Below the pieces are notes generated by a model. That model saw only the letters and a program-made list of their open reading frames with translations, did not search any database and was not told where the DNA came from. A DNA stretch of 51,778 nucleotides from Blastochloris sp. (GTDB taxonomy: Bacteria; Verrucomicrobiota; Verrucomicrobiia; Methylacidiphilales; JAAUTS01). Location of the stretch: NCBI GenBank assembly GCA_012031345.1, contig JAAUTS010000002.1, positions 1 through 51,778 on the forward strand. Direction: 5' to 3'. Every line of letters starts with the position of its first letter. Within the stretch, counting starts at the first letter, position 1. Both the position numbers and the translations under genes were made by a program. Below, in pieces: positions 11,159 through 22,817 of the stretch.

Positions 11159-11491
11159 TCAGGAATGAGTGAATTTGAGACCGATGATGCCCGCGACGAT
11201 CAAGAAGAGGCAGAGCAGGCGCAGGGCGGAAGCACTTTCTCCATAATAATAAATTCCGATCAGGGTAGCTCCGACGGCACCGATGCCTGTCCAAATGGCG
11301 TAGGAAGTGCCGAGGGGCAGTGACTTGGTGGCCTGGGAGAGGAGAAAAACGCTGGTGACCATGAGCGCGAGATTGAGCACCACGGGGCCCGGACGGGTGT
11401 AACCTTCGGTCATCTTCATGGTGCCAGCCCAAGCCACTTCCGTGATTCCTGCCAGCAGCAGATAGATCCAGGGTAGAGTGGTCTGACTCAT
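11159..11491 (-). CDS. SMR-family small multidrug/guanidinium exporter (SugE/Gdx-like)
   Basis: 110 aa, four TM; WIYLLLAGITEVAWA and LPLGTSYAIWTGIG. Confidence 0.88.
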   Translation of the reverse strand: MSQTTLPWIYLLLAGITEVAWAGTMKMTEGYTRPGPVVLNLALMVTSVFLLSQATKSLPLGTSYAIWTGIGAVGATLIGIYYYGESASALRLLCLFLIVAGIIGLKFTHS

Positions 11492-11578
11492 GAAATGGAG
11501 TGCTGGTGGGGGAGAGCAAGACTCAGAGCCCCGCCCGGAAGGTTGTTCCGAGCGGGCCAGGTCAGCGTGGTTCTGAAG

Positions 11579-12678
11579 TTATTCGGGCGGGGCGGGGGGG
11601 GCTTTGCGGCTGGAGGGAATTTCGGCTCCATCATTCAGCTTGGCGATCACGGCGGTTTCCACCTTGGCGTAGAGTTCGGGGTTTTTCTTGAGTTCCTCCT
11701 TGGCGGCGTCGCGGCCTTGGGAAACCTGGGCACCTTCGAAGAAAATCCAGGCCCCTTTTTTCTCCAGCACATTCAGGTCGATGGCCAGATCCAGCAGGGA
11801 GCCGGTTTTGGAGATGCCCTCATTATACATGATGTCGAATTCCGCTTCGGTGAAGGGCGGGGCAACTTTGTTTTTGACCAGTTTGACCCTGGTGCGGTTT
11901 CCGATGACGGCACCTTCCGTGGCTTTGATGGCTCCGATGCGGCGGATGTCCACGCGCACGCTGGAGTAGAATTTGAGAGCCTTACCTCCGGGGGTGGTCT
12001 CCGGGCTACCGAACATGACGCCGATTTTTTCGCGGATTTGGTTGGTGAAGATGCAGACCGTTTTGGCTTTGTTGATCAAAGCGGTGAGCTTGCGCATGGC
12101 CTGACTCATGAGGCGGGCCTGGGAGCCGACCACGGCATCTCCCATGTTGCCGTCGAGTTCGTTTTTAGTCACGAGGGCGGCGACGGAGTCGAGCACGATG
12201 ACGTCGATGGCGTTGGAGCGGACGAGGGTCTCGAGGATGGTCAGGGCTTCCTCCCCGGAGTCGGGCTGGGAGACGAGGAGTTCGTCCATGTTAACACCGA
12301 GCTTGCGGGCGTAGCCGGGGTCGAGGGCGTGTTCCACGTCGATAAAGGCGGCGGTGCCGCCCTTCTTTTGAGCCTCGGCTACTACGGTGAGGGTGAGGGT
12401 GGTTTTACCGGAGGATTCCGGGCCGTAGATTTCGATGATACGACCGCGGGGGAAGCCGCCTACGCCCAGGGCGCGGTCATGGTGACACAGCCAGTGGGGA
12501 TGACGTCGATCTTCATCTTGGCGGATTCGTCGCCCAGACGCATGATGGAGTTGTCGCCAAATTGTTTGACGATGGACTGGATGGCCAGATCGAGATTCTT
12601 TTTATCGGCGCTGTTTTGAGCGGCGGTCTTGGGTTCGTTTCGGTCGATTTTTTCAGCTTTGTCAGTTTTGGCAGCCAT
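11579..12678 (-). CDS. recA: Recombinase RecA (indel near 12478)
   Basis: [16 protein letters not shown] read from the DNA; [38 protein letters not shown]. Confidence 0.97.
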
Positions 12679-12700
12679 AGTCTTGTGATGGGTGTGGGAT

Positions 12701-13963
12701 TCAGGTGGTGAGCGCGGAGTCTCGTTGGTTGTGTTTGAGCAAGGCCCGCCGGAACAAATCCAGCGCAGCTTGCGAGGCCATAGTTTTAAAGACTTCCCGA
12801 CGGGGCACAAGCCGCTTTTCCTCAGTTAGACAGGAAATTGTGCCATCGACAGTTTTTTCGGCCAGGGCCAAGAAGAGGGTGCCGACGGGTTTTTCCGGGC
12901 TGCCGCCCTCCGGGCCGGCGATTCCCGTGAGGGAGACGGCCAGATCGGCTCCGCTTCGCAACAAAGCACCGCGGGCCATTTCCTCGGCGGTGGCGGCGGA
13001 GACGGCACCGTGGGTGTCGAGGGTGACGGTTGGGACTCCGAGTTCTTCGGTTTTCGAGGTGTTGCTGTAGCTGACCCAACCGCGATGAAAGACAGCGGAG
13101 GCACCGGGGACATTGGTGAGGCGATGAGCGAGCAGGCCTCCTGTGCAGGACTCGGCGGTGCTGAGTTGTCGTCCCTGTTGTCGGGCGAGGTGAATGACGA
13201 CCTGCTCCATATTGTCCTGGCCCTGGGCGTAGATAAATTCCTGAAATTCGGACTGAACGAGCTGGGCCATACGATCAAGCAGAGCCGAGTCGGTGGAGAT
13301 GAGGCGGAGATCAACTTCTCGGTAACGGGCGCAATAACCGATCTCGACCTGACCGAGGGCCAGCAATGGTTCCTCCACCCTTTGTTGCACTTCGGACTCG
13401 CCCAAGCCATGGATTCGAAAACTGCGACAATGGATGGCGGCGGTCCGGGGGGAGAGTTGTTGGAGGAGAGGGATGACCTGTTCCTCGAACATGGGGTAGA
13501 GTTCGGAGGGGGGGCCGGGCAGACAGAAGAGGTGACAGTTTTGGTGGAGGAGATGAAATCCGGGAGCGGTGCCGTGGTGGTTGTCGAGGATTTGGGCGGA
13601 ACGGGGAATCTGGGCCTGAACTTTGACCGATGAGGGCGGGGTGATGCGTCGCCGGGCAAAGTAATCCATGATTTTGGCTTCGATCTCAGGATGATATTCC
13701 AAGGGGCAGTGACAGAGATCAGAGACCAGAAAGCGGGTTAGATCGTCCGAGGTGGGGCCGAGTCCTCCGGTGAGCAGGATGACATGAGAGCGCGAAAGGC
13801 TTTCGGCCAAAACGTCGCGGATGATGGGGCCATCGGGCAGAGTGTGTTGGCGTTGGATGCGGAGGCCGAGGGGGAGAAGGAGCTGGGAAAAGTAGCCGAG
13901 ATGAGAATTTTGGACCTGACCCAGCATGAGTTCGGAGCCAGTGTTGAGTACTTCGATGTTCAT
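12701..13963 (-). CDS. cinA: CinA family protein (MoCF domain plus NMN deamidase domain)
   Basis: TGGLGPTSDDLT, LPGPPSE, TAESCTGG, TGIAGPEGG; directly upstream of recA. Confidence 0.93.
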   Translation of the reverse strand: MNIEVLNTGSELMLGQVQNSHLGYFSQLLLPLGLRIQRQHTLPDGPIIRDVLAESLSRSHVILLTGGLGPTSDDLTRFLVSDLCHCPLEYHPEIEAKIMDYFARRRITPPSSVKVQAQIPRSAQILDNHHGTAPGFHLLHQNCHLFCLPGPPSELYPMFEEQVIPLLQQLSPRTAAIHCRSFRIHGLGESEVQQRVEEPLLALGQVEIGYCARYREVDLRLISTDSALLDRMAQLVQSEFQEFIYAQGQDNMEQVVIHLARQQGRQLSTAESCTGGLLAHRLTNVPGASAVFHRGWVSYSNTSKTEELGVPTVTLDTHGAVSAATAEEMARGALLRSGADLAVSLTGIAGPEGGSPEKPVGTLFLALAEKTVDGTISCLTEEKRLVPRREVFKTMASQAALDLFRRALLKHNQRDSALTT

Positions 13964-14080
13964 GAATCAGGGGGCAGCTTAACGCAAGGACGCCAAGAAG
14001 CAAAAGAGGCAAGTTGTGGGGGAAGGTTGGGGAATGGATGAAGTGTTGAGGTATGAGCAGAGGGTTGGGATGTTCATTAT

Positions 14081-15273
14081 TCAAGTATCGAGGGAACAAG
14101 GTTGGAAGCCCGGTATTGGTGGGTTCCGCCCAGGGGTTTGAGGTCTTGGGCCTCGACGAGGCTGCCGCGTTGCGTTTTGGTGAGGGTGCGGATTTGGGGT
14201 GCGGTCGAGATGGCGGGTGAGGATGTCGTATTCGGCGGCTTGGCCCAGGCTGTTGCAGCCGCTGGTGAGAAGTTTTCCGTGCATGGCCGCGATGGGGGCG
14301 ATGAGGCGGAAGGTGGAAGCGGAGGCGGGAAGGGATTGAGGAGCCTGTGGGCCCAGCATGAGGAAGCTGAATTTCAGATCTTCCAGGGTGAGGCGGAGAT
14401 GGTTGTTGATCATTTGCAGGCTGCGGGGGAGGGGCCAGGAGCGGACTTCGTGGCACCAATATTTTTTCTGGGCCAGAAGGGGGCAGGTTTCGCGGTGAAG
14501 GCAGGGCCCAGATGTTCCAGTCCGTGGAGAGGGCCACCATGTTGCGGAGTTCCTCCAAGCGTTCGCTGCTTTCTTTGAGTGCGGGTTCGAGGATGAGAAG
14601 AATGCCTCCGGGTTTGAGGCAGGAGCGGAGTTGGGTCAGCCAGTCGAAGAGAGCGGACAGGGGTTGGGCGGTGAAGGCTTCATTCAAGGCAAAGCTCAGC
14701 GTGATCAAGTCCCAGGTCTCGGATTTGGCTCTCCATGATTGGATCTGGGTGAAGTCCGCGTTGTGCTGGCTGAGTTGGAGTTGGGAAAAATTTTTGGCAA
14801 GAATATCGCGGTGCAGGTTCTCCGCCAGATGCAGAAGATGTTTCTCCTGATCCACCAATTTGAGATGGATGCGTTCCTTTGGAAACTGTTGATGCAGGCG
14901 TTGGGCGGCGGCGAATCCAGCGGCACCCGCGCCGGAACCTAGATCCAGGACTCGGATGCCGCCGGGGCTGGAGACGGGATTCCAGCGGCGAAAATCGAGC
15001 AGTTCCCCCAGGGGAAAAAGAGTGCGGACATAAGTCTGGGGAAAGAAGGTGATGCCGTAGGCCAATTGGTTTTGTTTGCTTTGGTAGAGAGTTCTGAAGT
15101 CGGCGGCTTCGCTGCTGCGCTCGTCGGTGTAGCGATGGCTGAGAGATTTGGCGTAGGGGGCGAGAACCTTCAGGGCGGCCTGGTCGGACTTGAGGTTGAA
15201 AACGTTGGAGGATTTGTTGAAGCCACCAGGCCTCTATTTCAGAGGGGTAGGCGGGAGTAAGAGATCGAAGCAC
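14081..15273 (-). CDS. SAM-dependent methyltransferase, Rsm22-like (several indels; start uncertain)
   Basis: VLDLGSGAGAA motif I, LSFALNE, LLILEP, LKFSFL spread over ORFs 14680-15273, 13719-15065 and 14081-14413. Confidence 0.65.
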
Positions 15274-15323
15274 AAGCGGAGCCTAGGGGAATATGCTTGG
15301 GAGCCAAGGCAAATGGCTTGGGT

Positions 15324-16409
15324 TTATTTTCCGGCAGTGCTCGCAACGGCATCGTTTTTGATGAATTGATAGCGGTCGGTCCAGGTCTGGGTTTCGCCGG
15401 GGGCCAGTTTGATGTTGAGGAAGGGTTCGACGCACATGGTTTTGTCATGGGCGTAGAAGACCAGCTTGCCGGGGCGATAGTCGATGGTGAGTTGGACGGA
15501 GAGTTGGGACTCCTGATGGGAGATGGTGTTGATCAGTCCTTTTTCAAAGCCGGGAGGGATATCGAGTTCGGCGTAGTAACCCTTGTTGGGCACGATGTTG
15601 TCGGTGAAGAGGATGGAGTTTTCCTGGATTTGAGCGTGATCCCGAAGGCGGCTGAGCAGGGGAGTGATGGGGAAAGGGAGAGTGAAGCGGTGCGCGGGGC
15701 CGACCATGGTTTGATTGAAGGTCAGGAGATTATGATTGTAGAAAACTGTCTCGATGGTTTTGCTGCCTGTGTTTTTCAGCGTGTAAACAATCGCCATCTG
15801 CTTGCCGGGTTCAAGGGTGATTCTTTTGGTGTAGGAGTAATTCCAGCCCCGCAGTTCGGGCAGTTCGTGTTGGACTTCGACAAAATTCTCCCCTTGTTCA
15901 AGTTTCCAGGTTCCGGGATGAGCCAGGGCATAGCCGTGGGCAAAGAAGTATTTTTTATCGTCCTTGCGGGTGAGGTGACCCACGCCGATTTTAATGAAAT
16001 TTTCGCCGGGTGCGGCTTCGTCATAACCGAGAGGGCTGTCCATGCCGAATTCACCTGCGGGGCCGGTTACGGAGTCGCCGCCGCCGCGTTTGAAACCGTT
16101 TTTCCAAGGGCCATAAAGGATGGTGCCGTCCACGGTGGCTTCGTAGATCATGCTGGAATGATCGAAGCGCGAGCCTCGATAAAAGCCTTTTTCAGGATCG
16201 GGCAAGGCGATGAGGAGGGAAAGTCCATCTTTCTCCAAGGTAAGCCGGGGCCAGTCCTGGGATTTGATGTCAGGTGCTTCCGTTTTTTGTGCGGGGGCCG
16301 CCGCAGGAGGGGTTTTGTTTTCCGGGGTTTGGGCTGGGAGTGGATCGGCATGGAGCGATAGCGCGAAAAAGCTCAGAAAGATCAGGAAGGATTTGTTCTT
16401 TGGAAACAT
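15324..16409 (-). CDS. Secreted hypothetical protein, possible galactose-mutarotase-like fold
   Basis: Signal peptide ending LSLHA; FYRGSRFD, YNHN and MCVEPF motifs. Confidence 0.65.
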   Translation of the reverse strand: MFPKNKSFLIFLSFFALSLHADPLPAQTPENKTPPAAAPAQKTEAPDIKSQDWPRLTLEKDGLSLLIALPDPEKGFYRGSRFDHSSMIYEATVDGTILYGPWKNGFKRGGGDSVTGPAGEFGMDSPLGYDEAAPGENFIKIGVGHLTRKDDKKYFFAHGYALAHPGTWKLEQGENFVEVQHELPELRGWNYSYTKRITLEPGKQMAIVYTLKNTGSKTIETVFYNHNLLTFNQTMVGPAHRFTLPFPITPLLSRLRDHAQIQENSILFTDNIVPNKGYYAELDIPPGFEKGLINTISHQESQLSVQLTIDYRPGKLVFYAHDKTMCVEPFLNIKLAPGETQTWTDRYQFIKNDAVASTAGK

Positions 16410-16514
16410 AAAAACAGAGTAAAGGGGTGTAAGTTCGAGAGCAAGAGTCACTTTTTCTGGAGCTTCCATTTAGAGTTGGTAATCCGTGGTATTTGCAGGC
16501 TTAATGATATCTGC

Positions 16515-17234
16515 ATGTCCGAACCTAAAGAATCCGCGCCTTTGATTTGGTTAAGAAACAAGTTTTTGACCGGCTTGTTTGTGGTCATTCCCTTGTTTGC
16601 CACCTTTTGGATTTTGAAGTTTCTCTACAAGGTAATGAGCGGCTTTGCCGAGCGCTTGGTCAAGACTTTGGTGGAGGTGTATCGGCCCTTGATTCCTAAC
16701 TTTTTGATTGTTGACGGCACGATCCCGTTCGCCGCGCTTTTTATCACCCTGGCCACGGTGATCGCGGTTGGGTTGTTAGCAACCAATGTTTTTGGCCGGA
16801 AGATTGTCGAGTGGATTGAGTCGGCCCTGCATCGTGTGCCCTTGGTCAATTTGATTTATCCTGTGGCCAAGCAGGTGGTGGAATCCCTGAAGGAACTGGG
16901 GAATGCTCAGACGGAGGAAAGCCGCAAGCCGGTGGTTTTTTTGCGGTATCCGGGGACTTTGGGATATTTTATCGGGTTTCAGACCGGAAGATTCAAAAGC
17001 GCGGAGGGGAAAAGAATGGTGACGGTGTTCCTGCCCACGGCGCCGAATCCGATCACAGGTTTTGTGTTGGCCTTTGAGGAGACGGATGTGGTCAACAGCG
17101 ACATCAAGTATGAGGATGCCTGGAAGATGATTGTTTCCGGGGGACTGGTAACGCCCAAGAACATCAGTTTCGGAACCACAACCACAGCAGCAGTCCCAGT
17201 CCCAATACCAGTCGATACCAAGCAAACGGGATGA
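16515..17234 (+). CDS. DUF502 family membrane protein
   Basis: FLTGLFVVIPL, RVPLVNLIY..AKQ, VFLPTAPNPITGF, IVSGG. Confidence 0.88.
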   Translation: MSEPKESAPLIWLRNKFLTGLFVVIPLFATFWILKFLYKVMSGFAERLVKTLVEVYRPLIPNFLIVDGTIPFAALFITLATVIAVGLLATNVFGRKIVEWIESALHRVPLVNLIYPVAKQVVESLKELGNAQTEESRKPVVFLRYPGTLGYFIGFQTGRFKSAEGKRMVTVFLPTAPNPITGFVLAFEETDVVNSDIKYEDAWKMIVSGGLVTPKNISFGTTTTAAVPVPIPVDTKQTG

Positions 17235-17960
17235 AGCTGTGGGTTCGTATAAAACCGAGCAGCCATTTGACCACGATGAAGGCTACGACCATGGAAACCA
17301 AGAAGCCCAGGGCGAAGTGTTGCCATTCCTCCTTGGGCAGATTGCCGTGGTCATGGATTTCTGAGAGCAGGCCATAGACGCTGGCGGCCAGCAAGGTGGG
17401 GATGCCGAGGAGAAAGGAAAACTCCGTGGCCATCATGCGGGAGCTGCCCATCATCATGGCGGCGATGATGGTGGTGGCGGATCGGGAACTGCCGGGAAAA
17501 ACAGCGGCCAGCACCTGAGCGAGGCCGATCACAATGGCCATGGGCCAGGTGATGTGGTCGCGGGGTTGATGTTTTTTCAAATGATGCTCGGCGGCGAAGA
17601 TTAGCAGGGCGCCGATCAAGACGGCCCAGGCTACGGGTGCGGGATCTTCCGGCAGTTGAAGACCGAGGAATTTACAGACCAAGGCAAGGATGACGGTCAG
17701 GAAAAAGCGGCGGCCAGTTTCAGGATATAATCGAGTTGTTCCGGTTGCCGCCAGTGTAGTGCGAGATGCACCAGTTTTTCACGATAGATCAAAACCACGG
17801 CCAGGACCGCTCCCGACTGGATGCCGATGTTAAAAAACTCCGAACGCAGATTTCCCATGAAGTATTCGGCTAAGAGAAGGTGGCCAGTGGAGGAAATGGG
17901 AAGAAACTCGGTAATTCCCTCGATGACACCCAAAAGAACGGTTTGCAACCAATCTGACAT
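17164..17960 (-). CDS. uppP: Undecaprenyl-diphosphate phosphatase (indel near 17700)
   Basis: GVIEGITEFLPISSTGH, PGSSRSATTI, EFSFLLGIP, FAWYR. Confidence 0.93.
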
Positions 17961-18100
17961 AAAGAAAGAGCATCGGGATTTGTCTGCGCTTGCCAAGAGC
18001 AGAGTTGGTGAGGGCCTGTCACTTTTTTGTATCGCTGCGGTGATTTGGTCAGAGATGGGAACTTGGGCAGTTCATGGATGCGCTGGGTGATATTTGACTT

Positions 18101-19036
18101 GTGCCGGGAGCGGGCTTGGGCTGGATTGGCGGCATGTTTTGTTGGCGCAGATCAAGGTTAAGTCAGCCGAGGGACGTCCTGCTTTTGGGGGTGTTGGTCT
18201 TTTTTGGTGGGAGCATTTTGTTGCAGGGGCGGGCAGGAGCGGAGGAGAAGGGATGGTTCAGGATCACGGCGGCGAATTTGACCAGTGGCAATCAACAATC
18301 CTATGATCCGGGGCATGGGAGCCGTATTTTGCAGGGCTTGCGTCCTGATGTGGTGTTGTTACAGGAGGCGCGCTTTGGGGACAAAAGTTTGGCTCAGTGG
18401 CTGGGTTGGGTGCAGGCGGTGTTGGGAGGTGATTTTGTTGCTTATCGGGAGAAGGCGGAGTTGCCCAATGCCATATTGAGCAGGTTCCCTATTTTGGAGT
18501 CAGGTTCCTGGGACGATCCCGAGCAGGTGAACCGGGACTTTGCCTGGGCGCGGCTGGAGTTGCCGGAGGGACGCAGGCTGTTGGTGGTTAGTGTGCATCT
18601 CTCAGCCCGCAGCGCGGAGAAACGACAGAATTCAGCCAAGGCTCTGGCCCGCGAAATTACGGAGGCACGGGTGCAGGAGGAGCTTTTGGTGATCGGGGGG
18701 GATTTTAATGTGCAACATCGCCATGAACCCGCGCTCAAGGCGCTGGACAGGCTGGTGATGACAGAGGGGCCTTATCCGGTGGATGAGCAGGGGAATGAAA
18801 ACACCAATCGCGGACGCAACAAGCCTTATGACGGAATTTATGTGAGTCGGGAACTTCATGGCCGGGAGAAAGCGGTATCGTTCGGAGGGGAGCAGTTGGC
18901 GGGGGTGACGGGTGGTTTTGTTTTCGACAGCCGGGTTTTTAAGGATTTATCGAGGGTATCACCCGTGCAAAGAGAAGATAGCGACGCGCCGCAGATGCAG
19001 CATATGGCGGTGGTGCGGGATTTTTCCTGGCCCTGA
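18101..19036 (+). CDS. Endonuclease/exonuclease/phosphatase family protein, probably exported (start uncertain)
   Basis: PDVVLLQE, NAILSRFPI, SVHL, GGDFN, D..Y, QHMAV. Confidence 0.82.
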   Translation: MPGAGLGWIGGMFCWRRSRLSQPRDVLLLGVLVFFGGSILLQGRAGAEEKGWFRITAANLTSGNQQSYDPGHGSRILQGLRPDVVLLQEARFGDKSLAQWLGWVQAVLGGDFVAYREKAELPNAILSRFPILESGSWDDPEQVNRDFAWARLELPEGRRLLVVSVHLSARSAEKRQNSAKALAREITEARVQEELLVIGGDFNVQHRHEPALKALDRLVMTEGPYPVDEQGNENTNRGRNKPYDGIYVSRELHGREKAVSFGGEQLAGVTGGFVFDSRVFKDLSRVSPVQREDSDAPQMQHMAVVRDFSWP

Positions 19037-19049
19037 AGCTAGACAGCCT

Positions 19050-20746
19050 CTAACGGAGTTTCTTTGGATCCAGGAGGAGTCGTTCCTCCGGAAGCAGGTC
19101 GGGAGAGGCGGCTGCCCTGGTCTCATGAAGCGCAGCCAACTCACTTTGACCTGTCGCCCGCAGGATGAGTGCGTAGTAGAGAGCTTTCCGGGGATCTTGC
19201 CAAGTCTCTGCCGGTAGCCGGTTCAGCAATTCCAGGGCTTCCTTGTATTGTTGTTTACGGTAGAGGGCGAAAGCTGCGGTCACGCGGATGGTGGGATTTT
19301 CCGGGTGTTCCCGGAGGAGGGTTTGGGCCAGGGATTGGCAAAATCGGGGTCATGTTGCAGGAGCAGACCGTAGCTGGCGGTGTTGTTGCGAATGACGAGG
19401 TTGCCGGGATCCAGGGTCAGGGCGAGGCGGGCGAAGTGGTAAAGAGCCAAGGTGTCCTGTTTGCTTTCGGCTTGGCGAAGAAGGGTGAGGAGCAATTTTT
19501 TGTCAGGCTCGAGCCGGTCGCAGAATTCGGAGAGAAGTTTTTGTTTTTCAGCCGCGCTCCAATTCCATGGACGAATCAAGGCGGAGAGTCGGGGATAATC
19601 CCAGGGATTTTTGAGCAGGGCGTCGAGCATTCGATCCCAGTAGTAGGGCTCCAGAGAGGCGCGCAGGCTGGAACTTTCGTGAAGAGAGGCCTGACGCAGA
19701 AAGGCAAAACGCAGATGGTTGGCCTTTCCCCAATCGGCCTCGTTAAGTTTGCTCACCAGGCGGGGCCATAAGCCCAAATGTGACAACATCTCCGCTTCTG
19801 CCAGAAGAACGAGGGTGGAGCGGCGTGAGTCGGCGGGCAGGGTATCAAACCACGGCAGGGCAGAGGCCAGGAGATTGTGCTGCTTGAACCAGGCCAGGGC
19901 GGCGTAGATCTCGGAGGGGCGACGGCAGCGCGCGCTGAGTTCCTCAAACCAATCGGGAGGCAGGCTCAGGCCTTGGGCGAGCAGGGCGTTCCCGGCAAGC
20001 AAGAGGTCGGGGAGGCTGGCATCGGGAGCTTTTCTGAGATGCTGGATCGGGGCTGCGATGTCGGAGAAGTTTTTTTCGGCCAAAGCCAGGTGGATCAGGC
20101 TGCGGCTGGTGGCGAGAGGCAGGAGTTGTTGGGTCCAAAGTTGTTTGAGCAAATTGCGGCCTTCCTCTCTTTGGCTGGGATTTCTGGAAGCAAGCAGGAG
20201 GTTGGCCAGGCTGAGCTGAAGGTGGGGATCAGAGGGGTTTTGGGTCAGGAGTTGACGGTGCAGAGACAAAGCGAGTTCCGGTTGATTCCGGGCCAGAGCC
20301 GTGGCGGCTTGGAGTTGACCCAGTCGGAGGCGGTTGACTCCCGGTAAGGTTTCCGTGCGGGTCAGAATTTGTGCGGCTTGATCCACCTGATTGGTTTCGA
20401 GGAGGGAGCCGACCAGATCGAGCTGGAAATCGGGATGATCGGGGCGGTTTTGAGCGCGGAGAAGTTTCCAGTAAAGAGTTTCCTGCGGGTTGAGGCTTGA
20501 GCTGAGTTCCACCAGGAGGTTTAAACTGCGATCACCCTGTGGGTTGGCCTGCCAGGCCAGTTTGGCATAAAAAAGGGCTTCCTGGTCCTGACCTTGCTTC
20601 TGGTGTTGTCGGGCCAGATAAAGAAAACGCTCATGCCGGAGCAAGGGGTAGGCCAGATGGATCAGCAGGGCGATCAGAAGAAGAAAGAGCAGGGCGAGGA
20701 CAAGTTTTTGTCGTGTGAAAATAGGAGGTTGGGTGGGAAGGCTCAT
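19050..20746 (-). CDS. Membrane-anchored TPR-like helical repeat protein (indel near 19330)
   Basis: N-terminal TM, Leu/Ala-rich TPR-like helices; ORF 19050-19283 appears to be the C-terminus. Confidence 0.65.
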
Positions 20747-20858
20747 TTCTCTGCATTCGGTCTGGGGACAAATCGCGTTGTTTTCCTGCTTGCCGCTGGA
20801 AAGGGAATGATGAAGGATCAAGCTCTCAGGACAACCCTCAAACTGGAATTTTTAAATT

Positions 20859-21803
20859 ATGAGCAGCACCCACCAACTGGATCAATTGAAGAGCTACACC
20901 AAAGTCGTCGCCGACACGGGAGACTTTGAATCGATGAAGGCTTATGCCCCCCACGATGCCACCACCAATCCCTCGCTCATTTTAAAGGCGGTGCAAAAGG
21001 ACGAGTACAAGCCGCTGCTGCTCAAGGCAGTGAAAGATCGGGCCGGGGCTTCCACGGATGAGATCATTGATTATCTGTTGATTCTGTTCGGGCTCGAAAT
21101 TTTGAAAATTGTGCCCGGTCGCGTTTCGACCGAGACCGATGCCCGTCTTTCCTTTGATACGGCGGGAACCATCGCCAAGGCGCATACCTTGATTGATTTG
21201 TATGCGAAGCACGGGATCGCCAAGGAACGGATTTTGATCAAGATTGCCTCGACCTGGGAGGGGATCAAGGCGGCGGAGGTTTTGGAGAAGGAAGGGATCC
21301 GCTGCAACCTGACTCTTTTGTTTGCCATGCCCCAGGCGGTGGCTTGTGCGGAGGGCGGGATTCAATTGATCTCCCCGTTCGTGGGTCGGATCTACGACTG
21401 GTATAAGAAGAATGAAGCCAAGGAATACAGCGGGGCGGAGGACCCCGGTGTGAAATCGGTCCGGGCGATTTACAATTACTACAAGAAATTCGGTTACAAG
21501 ACCGAGGTGATGGGAGCGAGCTTCCGCAACATCGGCCAAATTCAGGAGTTGGCGGGCTGCGATTTGTTGACCATCAGCCCGAATCTTCTGCAGGAGTTGA
21601 AGGACAACACGGAGCCGCTGAGCCGCAAGTTAAGTCCCGAGAGCGCGCAGGCCAGTGACTTGACCAAGATTCATCTGGATGAAAAGACCTTCCGCCTGAT
21701 GCTCAACGATGATGCGATGGGCACGGAAAAGTTGTCCGAAGGGATTCGGCTCTTTGCCGCGGATGCGGTGAAGTTGGAGAAGTTGATCGAGCAGAATCGC
21801 TGA
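20859..21803 (+). CDS. tal: Transaldolase
   Basis: [40 protein letters not shown]. Confidence 0.97.
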   Translation: MSSTHQLDQLKSYTKVVADTGDFESMKAYAPHDATTNPSLILKAVQKDEYKPLLLKAVKDRAGASTDEIIDYLLILFGLEILKIVPGRVSTETDARLSFDTAGTIAKAHTLIDLYAKHGIAKERILIKIASTWEGIKAAEVLEKEGIRCNLTLLFAMPQAVACAEGGIQLISPFVGRIYDWYKKNEAKEYSGAEDPGVKSVRAIYNYYKKFGYKTEVMGASFRNIGQIQELAGCDLLTISPNLLQELKDNTEPLSRKLSPESAQASDLTKIHLDEKTFRLMLNDDAMGTEKLSEGIRLFAADAVKLEKLIEQNR

Positions 21804-21823
21804 GCTGACAGTTTCGCCGGGGT

Positions 21824-22705
21824 TTACTCAAACTTGTAAACCAGGGCGGAGATTAGTGAGACGTCGTTCTGCCGTGTGCCGGGCGCGGGCAGATGGTCGT
21901 AACGATGTTTGCCGAAGACGCGCAGGGACAGAGCGCTGTTGAGCTTGGTTTCGACTCCGAGTTCGTTGGTGACAATGGCGTCCTCCGTGTCCTGAAAGTT
22001 GAAGAGAAGTTCAGTGCTTTGGAAGAGGGTGGCGGACTGGGTGAGTTTGAATTCAAAGCGATCTCCGATGCGTCCCCGGGCGCTGTAGTCGATGCTGTCA
22101 TCCGTAAATTTTTCAGCCACGAAGGCAGGGCCGGCCTCGAGGGAGAGTTTGACCTGGTCGCTGTCGAAGAAGCGATAGCCGACGCCGGGACCCACGGTGG
22201 CACGGAATTCGAGGTCGGCCAATTGATCGCGTTCGAGAGAACTGCCGAGGAGCCAATACCATTTTTTATCAAATTGACGGCGATAATCGGCGGAGGCTTT
22301 CCCTTTTTCCGAAGTTTTTTCCCCTTCGTTTTCGCCCAGATCGGCGTTGAGAGCCAGGACGAGTTCGTCGAGATCGGTTTTACGGACAGCTTTGGCACTG
22401 AGGTTGACTTGATAGGCGTCGTTGTTGCCCCGGGATAAGCTGGCACCGAGACCGACCTCTGCCTTCCAGAGGCTGGCGGACTGGGGGCTGAGTCCGGCTT
22501 CCGGGCTGAGGTCTCCCTGGAGTGCGGCCTGGTAGCGACGTTGATAGTCCAGTGATTCCTGTTGGTGGCGGATGACTTGCTCGCGCAGTTGGGCGTTTTC
22601 TTTTTCCAGGTGGTGAATGTATTCGGCCTGGATTTGCTCCGAAGTGGCGGCGTGAAGGTATGAGGAAAGGAGGAGCAGAGGGAGTAGGCGTAGGAAGATA
22701 GGCAT
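21824..22705 (-). CDS. DUF481 (YdiY-like) outer-membrane beta-barrel protein
   Basis: Signal peptide, coiled coil, GASLSRGNND, GPGVGYRF, terminal YKFE. Confidence 0.8.
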   Translation of the reverse strand: MPIFLRLLPLLLLSSYLHAATSEQIQAEYIHHLEKENAQLREQVIRHQQESLDYQRRYQAALQGDLSPEAGLSPQSASLWKAEVGLGASLSRGNNDAYQVNLSAKAVRKTDLDELVLALNADLGENEGEKTSEKGKASADYRRQFDKKWYWLLGSSLERDQLADLEFRATVGPGVGYRFFDSDQVKLSLEAGPAFVAEKFTDDSIDYSARGRIGDRFEFKLTQSATLFQSTELLFNFQDTEDAIVTNELGVETKLNSALSLRVFGKHRYDHLPAPGTRQNDVSLISALVYKFE

Positions 22706-22817
22706 GGTGGTGGGATTTGGTTTGAATGAATATAGAGGAGTGAGGGAATGAGACAAGTTTACAGAGATCGTCGCATTTTCGTGCTGACTTCCAGCGGTGG
22801 TGTTTTAGGTTCCGGAC

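Noticed and set aside
11492-11578. Guanidine riboswitch upstream of the SMR/Gdx-like gene
   Set aside because: The spacer is short and shows no paired ACGR hairpins or other guanidine-class motif I can recognise
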